Below, in pieces: positions 50,555 to 62,807 of a stretch of 64,000 bases of DNA. Origin of the DNA: Ramazzottius varieornatus (lineage: Eukaryota; Animalia; Tardigrada); NCBI GenBank assembly GCA_001949185.1, contig BDGG01000021.1, forward strand, positions 299,452 through 363,451. Reading direction: 5' to 3'. Each line of letters begins with the position of its first letter. Position 1 is the stretch's first letter. The translations under genes and the position numbers were made by a program. The notes beneath the pieces are model-generated. The model saw only the letters and a program-made list of their open reading frames with translations. It did not search any database and had not been told where the DNA came from.

Positions 50555-53500
50555 ATGGCCATGTACAGCGACAAGTCTGCAGTAGCTGCCGTCTTGAAGA
50601 ACGTTAAGCTACGTTTTGCCGATGGGGATACATATGATGGACAAGCCTGGAATAGCGTACGACATGGTCGGGGAATGTATAGATGGAGGAACGGCGAGGT
50701 AGGTGGCCTATATATGTAGCGAGTGTATTTGCCCCGTTTGGGCATGGTCAAGGACGTCTGGATAAGCCTCTTGGGATGAGTTGCAGGTCTTTGACGGCTA
50801 CTTCTACTATGACTTGATGCACGGCGCAGGACAGTACTGGTGGTCAGATGGACGTTTCTTCAGCGGACACTTCTATGCCAATCGACGGCACGGATATGGA
50901 CTACTGGCCTTCCCCAACGGCGATACTGTGCAGGTACCGCACCTGATCACTTCCTTGATGTACCGTGTAGACTGTAATCACGCGGTGAAGGCTAATAGCC
51001 TACTTGTAGGGTTTGTTCAGAGACGGTGTACTGTATGGTCCGGCGGTGCAGTCGAGTAAGATGGAGCAAGACGTTGGCTGGTGGTTGGGCTCTCATCTAC
51101 TGCAAGTGCTCATGGAGCAGCACTTTGATGTCCCCTATCTTCAGCAGGTCCTGACGCTCTTGTCACCGAAGCCAGCGCAAGTAGGCAAGTCCTCGCCGCA
51201 GCTGGAGGCCGGTGAGGTCGGAGGATCAGCAGACGGTGCCGTGGCGGTCAGGCGTTACCAGCTGAACGGGGCAGCCGTCAGTCAACCCCATCAAGCCTTC
51301 GTCGCTCTGCTGGATATGGCCTTTGACCGATCTCTTCAACGGACGGCATCGCAGTATCAGCAGGTCTTTCGCAATAACAGCCCGCAGTTACGGGCTATGC
51401 AGCAGTATGTGTGGCAGATGGACTCGTCGATAGAGGAAGTATCAAGGCAAGTGGAGGAGGCTTTTGTCAGAGGACGGGAGGGCAATTTCTTGCCGGCTGG
51501 ACTCAAGGAACGACAAGTGGAGCAGCTGTTCCGAGCTTGCGCCACGGGAGACTTGAGGATGGTCCACCAGTTGATCCTGCGGGACAAGCTCAACGTCGAC
51601 GTTTGTGACCGCAATGGTATCTCGCCTTTAATGACGGCTACGGTTCGAGCTAGCTTAATTATTAGCTTAGTGCAAGCACCTGTTAAGCCCTGGACTTTTT
51701 ATCTGACCAGACTTGTCTTTCTTGGTAGGTCAATAGCCGGCTGGATGTGATGGAGTTCCTGTTGGAGTTTGAGGCCGACATGGAGCATGAAACGAATAGC
51801 GGCTACAGTGTGGTGGAGCTGGCCTTTGTCATGTACCATTGCTTTGTGGAGAAGTTCAACGGCTGGAACAACAACGATCCTTCCGTGGAGAGTGTCCTTG
51901 GTCTACCTGAAAAAGTGACAGTCACAGTAGCTGCTTCTGCCATTGCTGAAACGACCGACACACTCGTTTCAACCAAGTCTTCTCCTCCGAAGAGTGCCCC
52001 AGCCCAAGCTGCGGCTACCAAGACCACACCCGGTAAGTACTGTACATAGCCACAAAGCGTTGACTTTTTTGTAATAGTTAGAGTAGCGTCGGAGCCTCAC
52101 TTAGTTTAACCAATTACGCTATTGACGGTCACTGTACCGCCAGCCTCTTTCTTATCAAATATTCCAAGCTGCCCATGCCGTAATACGGTTTGCATATTCG
52201 ATCAGTCTTCAGGTTGTCCGTAATTGATTCTTAATTAAGCTGTGCCGAGTTAGACAGCCGACTAACAAGCAATCTTGAATCTGATGCTTTACAGGGGAGT
52301 TCCGTCTGGATCAAATGGAGCAAAACGTCAAAGGCGTGATGGAAACTTATCATTCAGTCCAAGCCCTGAAGGATGTGCCCATCAACTTGCCGCCTCATGG
52401 CTTCCAACGTACCGGCCAACAGCTGTACCATCTGGTCAGCAGATACGGCCTTTCAATGGAGAAGCCGATGGCGGAGAACACTTTCTTCCTATCTTGGCTG
52501 AAACACTGGCAGCACTCGGTGAAGGAAGCTCTGCTCTTGCTGTTGAACCGAGGAGCTAACTGGCGACGCTGTATTTGGCCTCAGCCCCTTCTCTTCTCGG
52601 CGGTCCGCGGTCTGGATGCCGACCTCGTCCAAAAGCTGGTAGATATGGGCGATGATGTCAACCAGAGGATGTTCAAGGAGGCAAGTACAGTATTCACTTT
52701 CAGAGTTTGTTAGTTATAAGTAGAAACGGCATGATCTGCCTCGATCCAGAGATGGCTGGAGAGGTCACAAAAGTAACATAAAAATCGGATCACCCCGACT
52801 TGATCTGTCTGATTAAGGGTCCAGAACATGGGCTATTTTACTGCGTCAAACGCTCATTCTTGAAACACGTGATCGGCTTCCTGCTTTGGCTGCGGTAGGG
52901 TCTGCATCCGTGGCGCTCTTAATGCCCTGTTTGACCGATCTAACGCGGCTCGTTCCTGAGGTGTGATATTTAAAAGACAGCGGGCAAAACGTCCGTGTGA
53001 GACTTGAAGATCGTACTGTAAATTCGATTTTGACTTTTTGGTTGAGATTGAACACGAGTATATTGATTGATGACGTTTGATAGTTCGAAAACCGGTAAAT
53101 TACGGTTAGATTGGCAGCCAATTGACTTGAAAAGAGGTATAGTCCACGAGTGATCACGGGGCTGACCTTTAGCGGGGCTCGTGACCGTGCCTATTTTCAT
53201 CTTCCTTTTATGACCTGTCCAGCCACCTCTGACTCGGTCAGCCTTCCCGTCTTCAGGGTTTTACTGTGACTCCTCTGCTGGTGGCATGTGGACAGATGGG
53301 TAGTGCAGCAGTGGAAGTAGTGGAGGTACTCTTGAAAGCTGGCGCCGATCCTGACGTCCCAGAAATCAACACTAACCCAACAAAAGTCCAGGTTGGTCCG
53401 CTAGTCTACTTGACTGGTCAAAGTACCGAGTCTATTGACACTTACCTTTCTCTGTACTCGGCAAAATATGCTCTGATGTCTTTCTTAGGGCAGGAAGATA

Positions 53501-56439
53501 TGAGATATAATGTTATCTTTATTTGGTTATAGGCGGACAAGAAAGGAGCAAAGGGCAAAAAAGGAAGTCCAGTGCCGACCAGCGGTCCGCTTGATAAGGG
53601 CCGACGACCCATCCACGTCGTCTTTCAACGCGATGGCGCCGATCCCGTAGGTTGAGCCACATGCTTTCTGTCGCTTCTCCAAATATTGGGTGGTCGCCCG
53701 TCTGTGTCATGCAGTATACATCTTTGTAGCTTGACGATGGAATTGATTTTAGGCTAACGAAAAGCTATTAGAAGCCTTGATTCGTTATGATGCCACCGTT
53801 GACGCCACCTGGAACAATTCTTCGGCGCTGGCTTCGGCTGTCCAACTGGCTAACGTCACGGTAAGACCAGGCTCTTCTTTTAGTCGTTGACAGTGTATGC
53901 ATTAAGGTTGTGTATCAGATGGTCGATGCCCTGTTACGGGTGGGTTGCAATGTCAATCGCGACCTGGAGGGCGGAAAGGGGAATGCCCTCTGTGTCTTGG
54001 CTACGCTGGCTACCACGGAAGGCTTCCTGCGCTGCAACAAAGATGCCCAAACCATCAAGGCCGTCATGAAGATGCTGCTGGCCAGCGCTGACTTTACCAT
54101 CAAGATCCCGCTGGCTGAGGGACCGCCCGGCTCTCCACTGGTACGCGTACAGTACTGTCAACCGCATGACTCTCAAGTTCACTTTTTTTCTGCCTGTATT
54201 ACAGGACTTTGCCAGTCATCTCTTTGCGAAGGTCGGTAATGGCCGCCTGTGTTGCTCTGGTTCGGTAGTTGGTGGTACATTACGTATTGCCTTTGGTTGT
54301 TCTATAGCAAGTGTTAGGAGCCAACTTGCCAGCTCAGCTGGAAGAAACTTTAGCCGACTTGCGGACCAGCATTACAGAAGCCTACAAGGAAGCCACCCAG
54401 TTGTCTGTTTTGCGCCACAGAAAGCTAACTTTAGCAGGTACGTTCTGTGTTGTCAGTTGAGCTGACCACGTCGATTCCTTGTCGACTTCCAACAGCTAAT
54501 AAAATCTGACGTACATTGCACATGACGCTGATTTTTCCTGTTTGGCGCTTCAGATCATGGCAACCTTTTGACCCTTTTTTGACATGAGGTGGTTTTTTGT
54601 AATATATGAAGGAGTAAAGTTTTAATATTTGAAATTTAAACAGTTTGACGGCAGTTAGACACAGTAAAATGAGCACTGAGGGCTTAAAAGGGAAGTTCCT
54701 CTATTGATCATAAAGCTAAGTTACAGTATGTCCCCCCGTAGTTGAGTGAGAAGGCTGTTGGCTTGTTGTAGGCATCATTTCTCTGCAGTTACAGAGCTTG
54801 TTGAGAAAATACCCACAGCTGATTGACGGTCCTGATCCTTTTTTGAAGCTGAAGGAGGAAGAGCGGGCCATGCTAGGCGCTATAAAGGACATGCGGGAGA
54901 AGATTGGCAGCTTGATGGAGAAAGACGTGAGCAAGGAGGGGCAGATGCTGCGGCCAACGCTGAAGATTGCCTACGAAGAAGCCGTCAGGACAGGCGTCGT
55001 CTCTGATGGATCGACCAAGCACGTGAACAATAGCTTGGACATGTTGGCCTTGGCTAGACAGGTACAGAGTCATCTGCAGGTCGGCGGTAGCACTGGAAAA
55101 GCTGGTGACGATGATGATCAGCGGACAGCCGAGGATAGAAGGGCGGCCAGCAGCAAGAAGCAGGCTGCTGCGGCCAAGGCTGGTCAAGCCATGAAGCAGT
55201 TATCCTTTGCGGAATCGCAAGCCTTCCTACCCAGCCAGAAGGAAGAGTGGCGCTTCATCCAGGAAGTGGACTCGAAGGGCAACATCATCGGTGGCGCCTC
55301 GCTTGTGATGGGCTACAGTCATGGACAAGTGGAGGTGGGGCAGGCAGGCACATGCGGCCAAGTCACTGTTCTTACTCAGTATCAACAGGGAAAGAAGCAA
55401 GGAGCCTTTGTGGGCCTGAAGAGTGCTCATGTCCAGCACATGGTCAAGGCCACCGCCCTTCTCTATCCTCATGCCGGCCCTGCTGCTGGCAAGGGGAAGT
55501 TGCGCCAGAGTATCATCGTCCACCAGCCAGTCTACGGTAAAGAAGGCCAAGGATGGCAGCTGAAGGAAGGTGGCCAGTTGGACGACGCTCCCTCCTCCCA
55601 GCAGCTGAACAAGCATAGTCGCCATCATCACAAAGTGCCTCGCCATGATCCTGACCACCCCAACTTGCTGGTCCCCGCTGTCCATCTGCTCGACGACGAA
55701 GGAGACGCTCTACCGTAAGTCTGCTGGCCACCAACGCACCACACTGTACTGTTGGTAGCTGTCTTTGTCAGCTAAGTTCTTACTTGCTACTATGGTTAGT
55801 ATGATAAAAGGTTGTTGCAGGTTGGATCATGCCGTGATGGAATACAGATACTGCAGCCAGTGTGGTCGATCGACCGGTGTGGGTCTCTCGCCCTGCCCTC
55901 GCTGCAACGCCCTCTTTTACGACTCGAAAGAATGCCAAGAGGCCCACTGGCCTCTCCACCGCAAGCGCTGTGCCCAGATTGCCCAACGGAAAGAACACAA
56001 TGAGAAGGTGCGGAAGATTGTGCTGGAAGAGAAGGCTCAACGGCGGCAGAAAGCCACGCCGCTCAGCGCACTTCGCAAGGCTGCGCCTCCTCCCGCTGGC
56101 CCTTTTGCCCACGGCCACAAGCGCCCTCAGCCACCACATGCTCCATCCCGTAAAGGACAAGGACCGTCCAGAGCTCATGCTAGAGGAGGCTTGGTGAAAG
56201 GCAGCAGCAGCAGCCGCCTGAGGGCCGCGCGTCCTTCGATCATGCACAGGCAGGCGACAGTCAAGAAGGCTCACCGACCGCTGGTGGCTTCCGCTGGAGC
56301 TCCTCCCCAGCATCTTCGCTCTATCGACACGGCCTGCGACAAGAGTCAGGCCGAATGGATGGAACGGGTGCGCCAGCTGAATCGACTGCGCATGGATGAC
56401 GAAATGGCCTGCTTTATCAACGACCATTACAAGTGGTAA
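50555..56439 (+). CDS. ANKMY1: Ankyrin repeat and MYND domain protein 1 (MORN repeats, ankyrin repeats, MYND finger)
   Basis: MORN repeats (YDG...RHGRGMYRWRNGE, MHGAGQYWWSDG, RHGYGLLAFPNG); ankyrin repeats (LFRACATGD...DRNGISPL, TPLLVAC...LLKAGADPD); C-terminal YCSQCGRSTGVGLSPCPRC. Confidence 0.88.
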
Positions 56440-57993
56440 GCCTAGACGCTTCTACTCATTAATTAACTATCTTGCTCGTTTTGAATGGCCATGTTAGTGT
56501 CGGTAACCAGTTGAAATTTGAAGAATTTGAGTCATCTTCAGTAAGGAAAGAATCATCATAATACATAGCATATGTATCACTTGAATCGTCGGCGGACTTT
56601 GGGGAGGCCGACGGGTAGTTGCTAATGTGTCAGCGGTTGATAGTGTCGATTGAAATTGGACTTGTCTTTGGTCTTCGGTCATGGAAGGTTTGATCTGTGT
56701 CGCTTGTAGGTTGGTGGAGCGCGGTCTGAACTTGGCCATAGCGCGGGACGTGGTGGAAGTGAAGAATGGCGAGCTGTATGCTTCCATGGCCTTCCGCCGG
56801 CAGATACCTCTCACTCAGCTGATTCGCTACCAGCAGCAGACCCATCAGCAGCTGCCCGAAGTGACGGACACAAGGCTGGCCCACAAGGAAGGCTTCTCAT
56901 CTACCATGCCGCTGTCACCTGTCACCATCACCTCCTTCCCCACCACGTCGACCCAACATCCAGCCCGTCTTAGCGCGGTGCCTGCCACAGCCGCTAGCCT
57001 TTCTCCAGCCAAGGACTTGACCACCTTCTTCACCTACCAAGACTCCAAGGATGCCACCTTCGCCTTCCCTTGATCAAATTCCTTCTTAATGGTAGGCATT
57101 CTGTCCGTCGTCCTTCCATGGCAGGAAAGTTGCTTTCTCCGTGTTCGCTTATCCCAGGTGCGGCAATGGACAAGTTACCCTTCTTTTCCGACTCTGAGCA
57201 GCAACTGAGGGATAGTTCTTCCGCTAGACTCTCTGTGGCTTGCGTCGTCTTCTGCCGGTACTGTGCATAATCACTTTCTTTTTCCCACAAACGCAAGCTG
57301 CTCTTGCGCCTTCTATCAACGTACTCGAATCGGCTTGGCAAGACAGGCAAGTTTGCAAAACTGTTAGTTGTGATGTTTGAAGATGAGGGAAGCTGTAACT
57401 TTGAACGACATTTAAAGAGCGAAAGCATTGTTGGTTCTCTGCTCCGATCGCGCGTTGCTCTCCATACGGCCTCAGCAGTAGATCAACGGCTAATCTTCAT
57501 CCTCGCGTTGCACGTATGCTGACATCGGAACAATCAGTGTCTTGCACGCTGTTTTACATTTGGAGATGGCCGGAAGATCGGGGCTGTTTGCTTTCTATAA
57601 CGGCCGTTGCGCTAATTCTACCCTGTAATCGCTAAACCATCTTCAACCACGATACCCATTCTTCTTCACAAGCTCACTCATGCAGGCACGATAGCTACCA
57701 GACTATATACTCGGCTTTTGATGCATGCTTGATCGGGCCACATACCACAGTCTCGTAAAGTGATTTACTCTTTTCTTTTCTGTCAGCTTCTCAAACCAAA
57801 TATCGGCCTGAAACCGTACCAGCTTTGCCTTTCCGGTGTCAATCATCTCGTTTTAAAATGATATGTCTGGAAAAACTTTTATGTAAGTGCCACGGTTATC
57901 ATTTTCAACACGTCGAGCCTGCGACTCATCGTGTACTGAAGAACTTCGTGGCTGAGCTTGGCTGGGATTGAGGATTAACAAGTTTGCAGCGCG

Positions 57994-60900
57994 ATGAGGC
58001 TCTGTCCGCATGGAGCTGTTTCGCCCGCTGGCGGGCTTTTCCTCATCGTATCAGGTACGGTAGTTTTCAGTCATGCTCAAATCTCTCGATGACATTCTGT
58101 CGAGGTTCGCTACTTATGAAATGGTCACCATAGTGTTATTTAGTGCTAATATGGGTCATGGAAGTGCGAGCAGTTCCTCCACTGCACACGAATTTGGCGG
58201 CAGAAGGTTCGCCTGCCACATTGAGCCATCTGCGACGGATAGCTGGCCAAGAAGCGGCTACAGCCAAGAAAGGGTCGAGCCTGTCGGAAGAAGAATTTGA
58301 GGAGAATAACGATGCGGCCGCGGATGAGTCGACCGACAAGAGTGACTATTTACCACCCACCACCAAGCGTCCTCCTGCAGCACTAACCACTGTGACGTCA
58401 GCAACGGCGCGGAAACAAAAGCTGGCTACTCCTAAGCGCACTGCAACCGCAGCTCCAGACAGCTCGGCAGATGTGACCAGTGAAGACACATCCGGCCCCA
58501 CCATGTACCAACAAAAGCAAGGCGCAAACCAGCCAGGCGAGTTTCTCCTGGTCATAATGCAGGGATGAGCAGTTATGAGGTTTGATTCTGTCCGCTCCGC
58601 TACCGCTTTTATGAGGCAAGAGCGCTTCACTATGACCCGCTATGAGATACATAGGTCCGCTATCCGCTTTGCTACCTACCGCAATAGTAACCTTCCTTGT
58701 GGAAGAAAAAGCATCGATTTTCGGCCGTTTTCATAATCGAAACTGATTAGCAAAATAACGACCTATTCATTTCAAGCTCGAAAAAAGATCACATATCTTG
58801 AAAAGTTTGCTAAAAGTCGGCCTTTACTTGATAAGTACCGACAGGGAACCCAGTTCTTCACCGGCTTAGGCTTAAATTCCGCTATTTCCCGCTATAGACC
58901 ATTATCGCTTCGTTCTGGTTAGTTCTTAGTGTGCCCAGTTCCACTACTCTATTCCCGCGAAAGTTTTGCGCAGTCACGTGTCATGCCCATAAATCAAACC
59001 TACGAACATTTTAGTGTACAATGCATTGATTGCCTGATTGGGGCCCATCGCGTTTTCGAGTGTAGTTTCAGTTCGGTGGAAGACTCTTTCTCGGAAGAAT
59101 AAAGTGTATGCCGATTGATTGACGAGTGTCTTTGATTGAAGACACAGACCTTTTTTTGTCCCTGCCAGGCGTAATTTACGGGCATTTCACGTGACTGCGC
59201 AAAACTTTCGCGGGAATACAGTATATGGGCTGTGGGCAAGGTTCTTCAAAAGTCTGGGGTCATAGCGTAGAGGCACAGCTGATGAAATTTGAGAAGGGCA
59301 AGGGAAGGTTTCGGGTTTTTCTTGAAAATTCTCGGCCTCCACATGGCAAGCCCCGACCCCTACCCTTCGGCTACCCTACCCCCGCCTAAATTTCCTCGAC
59401 TATGCCTCTACGCTGTGACCCCAGACTTCTGAGGAACTTTGCCCAGACTCCATATAGTTTCGTTACATAGCGTAGCGAAGCGGAAGACTGCTCCAAAAAC
59501 GCTACGCCGTTCCAAAACTGCTCATCCCTGTCATACAGCCTCACGCCTGCCGTTGATTATACTACTTTTCCAGATCACATAGGCCGTAGGGAAATTTGTG
59601 CATGATATCCAGCGGTTGTTTTACAGAGCAGACAAATACTGGCCGAACGACGTCAGGTAGTTTGAGTCAAGTAGGCAGTAGAAAAGGCGGTGCTAATCGT
59701 TCGAGCTCCGCCACGAAGACGGCTAGAGGCGCACAAAGTCACAAGCCAAGCAGTACGGAGGAGGAGGAAGTGGCAAGCAGCAGTACAGCCGGTAGTCGTT
59801 TGACAATTCGACTCTTTCTCGCCTGTTTCCGTTCTCAGCCGGAATTTATATCAGCTGGCCTTTGCAGATTTGAGCGCCGCACAAGGAAAGAAAGTTACAA
59901 AAGGCGACAGCAAGACAGTGGGAAAGTCGAGCAATCAGTGTCGAATCGACTATAGTATGCAAGTTCAGAAGGTTGCGGCGCTAGTCAAGTCCTTATTCGC
60001 TGTACGAATCCAGACGGCTATTCCTTTGCGAAGCTCCCAGGGCGGTCGTGATGTCCCACTTGCATCGGCTATCCAGATTTCAGTGGATTGTGTGACATTG
60101 ACCATTCACGGGACCACGTCGCAACGGATCATTAATGAGCGAGCCGCCACATTGACCTGCACTACGGGCAGCTGGGACGTGGAGAATTCGGTGACCAGCG
60201 TTACCGCCGGAAGTTTGCTGGCCTCGTTGTGGGATAACACAGAGACTGCAGACAATGTTGGCACCTGTGACGGAGGAGAAGACGCTGGCTTGGCCTTGAT
60301 GGTTGATGGCCTTTACATCTCACTGCAAGGTTAGTCCTACCTCCTCTATCACCGTATCTTCGTACTACCGCTCGATGTGATTTGTAACGGGCGTATATAC
60401 AGGGGTAACGGCTGCAGCTAAGGTTGTTGACTATTCGGACCAGCTGTTGCTGACCAATGCCCCAGGCACGTGCAAAGCCACATCGTTGCGGATCCCTATC
60501 TACGGTTTGGATGTCTTGTCACTAGCGCCCCCTGATGGTCCGTCTAGCGCCATGAGTTTTTCTGTCTCGGCCCGGAAGCGTCATGACTGCCAGAATGGCT
60601 CCAGCGAGGCGCAGAGCGGCTCAGTTCTCATCATCATCCGAAATCTTGATGATGGTTAGTATTGAAGCTCTAACCTCCTCCTTCCTTATCGCAACTCGTG
60701 CTACTTGAAACGATGTCCGTGTTCTTTTACCAATAGCTTCATGCGATTCCTCCTCCTTCATGTCAAGCGAGAGCGAATCTTCCTCGGAAGTTTCCGATAA
60801 GACTTCGTCTAGCAGCGAAACCTCCCGCGAAAACAGCTCAGGCATTGAGTTGGCCAGTAAGAAAAGACCGTCTAATAGCCGGTCTCAGACTCAGGAGGCT

Positions 60901-62424
60901 AGCCGGAAGGACACGGCGCCATCCACTGGTGGTCGGGTCGTCGCTGCAACAACTGCTTCTTCGGCGCAGAACGAGGAGGAAGAGGGGACCGAAGAAGGCA
61001 AAGTTCAAGCTAGCACAGCAAAAAGTGTTTCCGGTAAGTATTACCTTGACGGACAAACAGTTCGTGAGGGTAATATGCTTTCTGATGGATGAATCCCTTT
61101 GTCGACGTGTACGGGTCGAAGTGCAACCAAATGGCGGGGCTACAAGTTATCGGTCGATCTAACGACGGTTTTGGCAGAATCATTTGGGAATATGCTTTTT
61201 GCAGTGGCGACCGGAAATGCTGACCAACAGACTACGGTTCGCTCTACATCAATCCAGCAGACTACGGCGCGTCGTGCATCATCAGTGAGTAAAAGACCGA
61301 GCTCGACAAACGCTGCTGACGCTAGTGAGGAAGATGAGGGAGCGGACGAATCTGTAAAGATCTCTGCTGGTGCGGGCCTTCTCATTCTTTTAATACGGTG
61401 GCAGCGGTACCAGGCTGTTGGCGAACAGGCGTGAGTGCAAAATGGACCCAAAATCTAATTAACGTATGAACTCTTCGCAGTTACCACTGCGAAGAAGCTA
61501 ACTACACCCGCCCGCACTGAGTCTGTAAACAAAACGTCAAGCTCCGGAAAGGCTAGCTTTAATGACGACGAGGAAGAGGAGGACGAGGACGGAGCTGGTG
61601 CCAGCAAGATTTCTGCAGGTAAGTAATTTAGTCCGGTTGTCATATTCTCTTAGCTGGCTATGAGTTAGCTAAATAGATGATCCTAAAAGTGAAAGTCGGA
61701 GGAATTGGTATCTCTGTGGTGCAACACCCTACAGGTTCGTGATGTTATTGGGCACCTGCAGGTGAAACGATGACAACGAATAATGGCACAACAGTGACTT
61801 CCGGTCGCGGCGCATCGCTGAACGCAACATCCAGTTCGCGACCATCTGTTGTCATCAGCGGAAACGATAGTACTACCTCCGTATCCAGCAATGGTACTTC
61901 CCAGGATCAGAGTGTCTCAGTACCGCAGATTCCTCAAGGTCCACAACTTCCGGGTGCTGGCGGGATAGACTCGTTTGGAGGTAGTCCCATGGACAGTGCC
62001 GCCGGCTACGGCGCGCCTCCTGCAGCATCGAATAGCTATGGACCATCGCCCGCACCAAGCTACAGAGGCGGTGATAGCCAAGGTGCAGGTTCGAGCGGCT
62101 CACGGAGCAATGGAGGCAGCTATGGAGGCGGAAGCGACAGTGGCGGTTACGGTGGTGGAAGTGCTTACGGTAGTGCTTCGACAGGACGAGGTGGAGGAGG
62201 CCTGGGCCTGGCTGGACCCATTGGCCTTCCCGGCATTCTTTCACCGTTCGGGTAAGATCTGTAAAATGTTAGAATACATCCGGCCATAACGAGACCAATA
62301 CTATGGCTTCCCTGGTTACAGATTCGGTGGACTGGGGCTTGGTCTGAGCTGGCTCACACCGTTCCCTCTTTTTTGGGGTGGAATGAATGGCTACTTCGGC
62401 TTCGCCGGTGCCAATGCATATTAG
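57994..62424 (+). CDS. Orphan secreted Ser/Thr/acidic-rich protein with a central Cys-containing domain and Gly/Tyr-rich tail, ~9 exons
   Basis: Spliced signal peptide MRLCPHGAVSPAGGLFLIVSVLIWVMEVRA; mostly phase-1 S/T/E-rich exons; ~230 aa hydrophobic domain with 6 Cys (59870-60654); GYGAPP/SYGP/GGYGGG tail; stop 62422-62424. Confidence 0.7.
58947..59221. mobile_element. TA-flanked MITE (Tc1/mariner superfamily, pogo/Tc2-like ends)
   Basis: ~48 bp TIR CT(C/G)TATTCCCGCGAAAGTTTTGCGCAGTCACGTG...; TA at 58945-58946 and 59222-59223. Confidence 0.85.
59224..59454. mobile_element. Second TA-flanked MITE directly abutting the previous one
   Basis: ~68 bp imperfect TIR TATGG...TGGGCAA(G/A)GTTC...AAGTCTGGGGTCA(T/C)AGCGTAGAGGCA; shares the TA at 59222-59223; TA at 59455-59456. 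Confidence 0.8.
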
Positions 62425-62807
62425 CCATCTAAGAAACTGTTCGCGCCACTTGACAGACACAGTATTGGCTGTCCAGTGTACTCGCAGCACGTACCGTCGC
62501 AACTTAATCCTTGGTGCGCTTCTCCTGATACGGTCTCGTTTTTGTCTATCAGAACGCACCAAGGTGATCTCGCATTTGTGAAGGAGAGATTTTTGCCTCG
62601 CATCAAAAACATTTATATATGGAATCCGTCGCTGTTATAAACGAGCCGCGCTGCCTCTGCTGTATGTCGCGGTTCACAAAAGCACCGATAACCGAAGGAG
62701 TAGCTTTTGAAATTCACAACCCTCACCAAAATATATAAAGTATAAACATATAAACTATATCGAAATACGACAGTGCACGATCATTTCCCTCATAGACAGA
62801 TGTCTAG

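Larger units (their letters stand above)
58560..59530. mobile_element. hAT-like non-autonomous element (971 bp) in an intron, carrying two nested MITEs
   Basis: TIR CAGGGATGAGCAGTT/AACTGCTCATCCCTG; degenerate 8-bp TSD TCATAATG/TCATACAG; subterminal CGCTA repeats. Confidence 0.8.

Noticed and set aside
57994-62424. Possible Dsup-like DNA-protecting protein (S/T/A/K-rich, disordered)
   Set aside because: It has a signal peptide and a Cys domain, and lacks the HMGN-like RRSSRL motif and the basic C-terminus.
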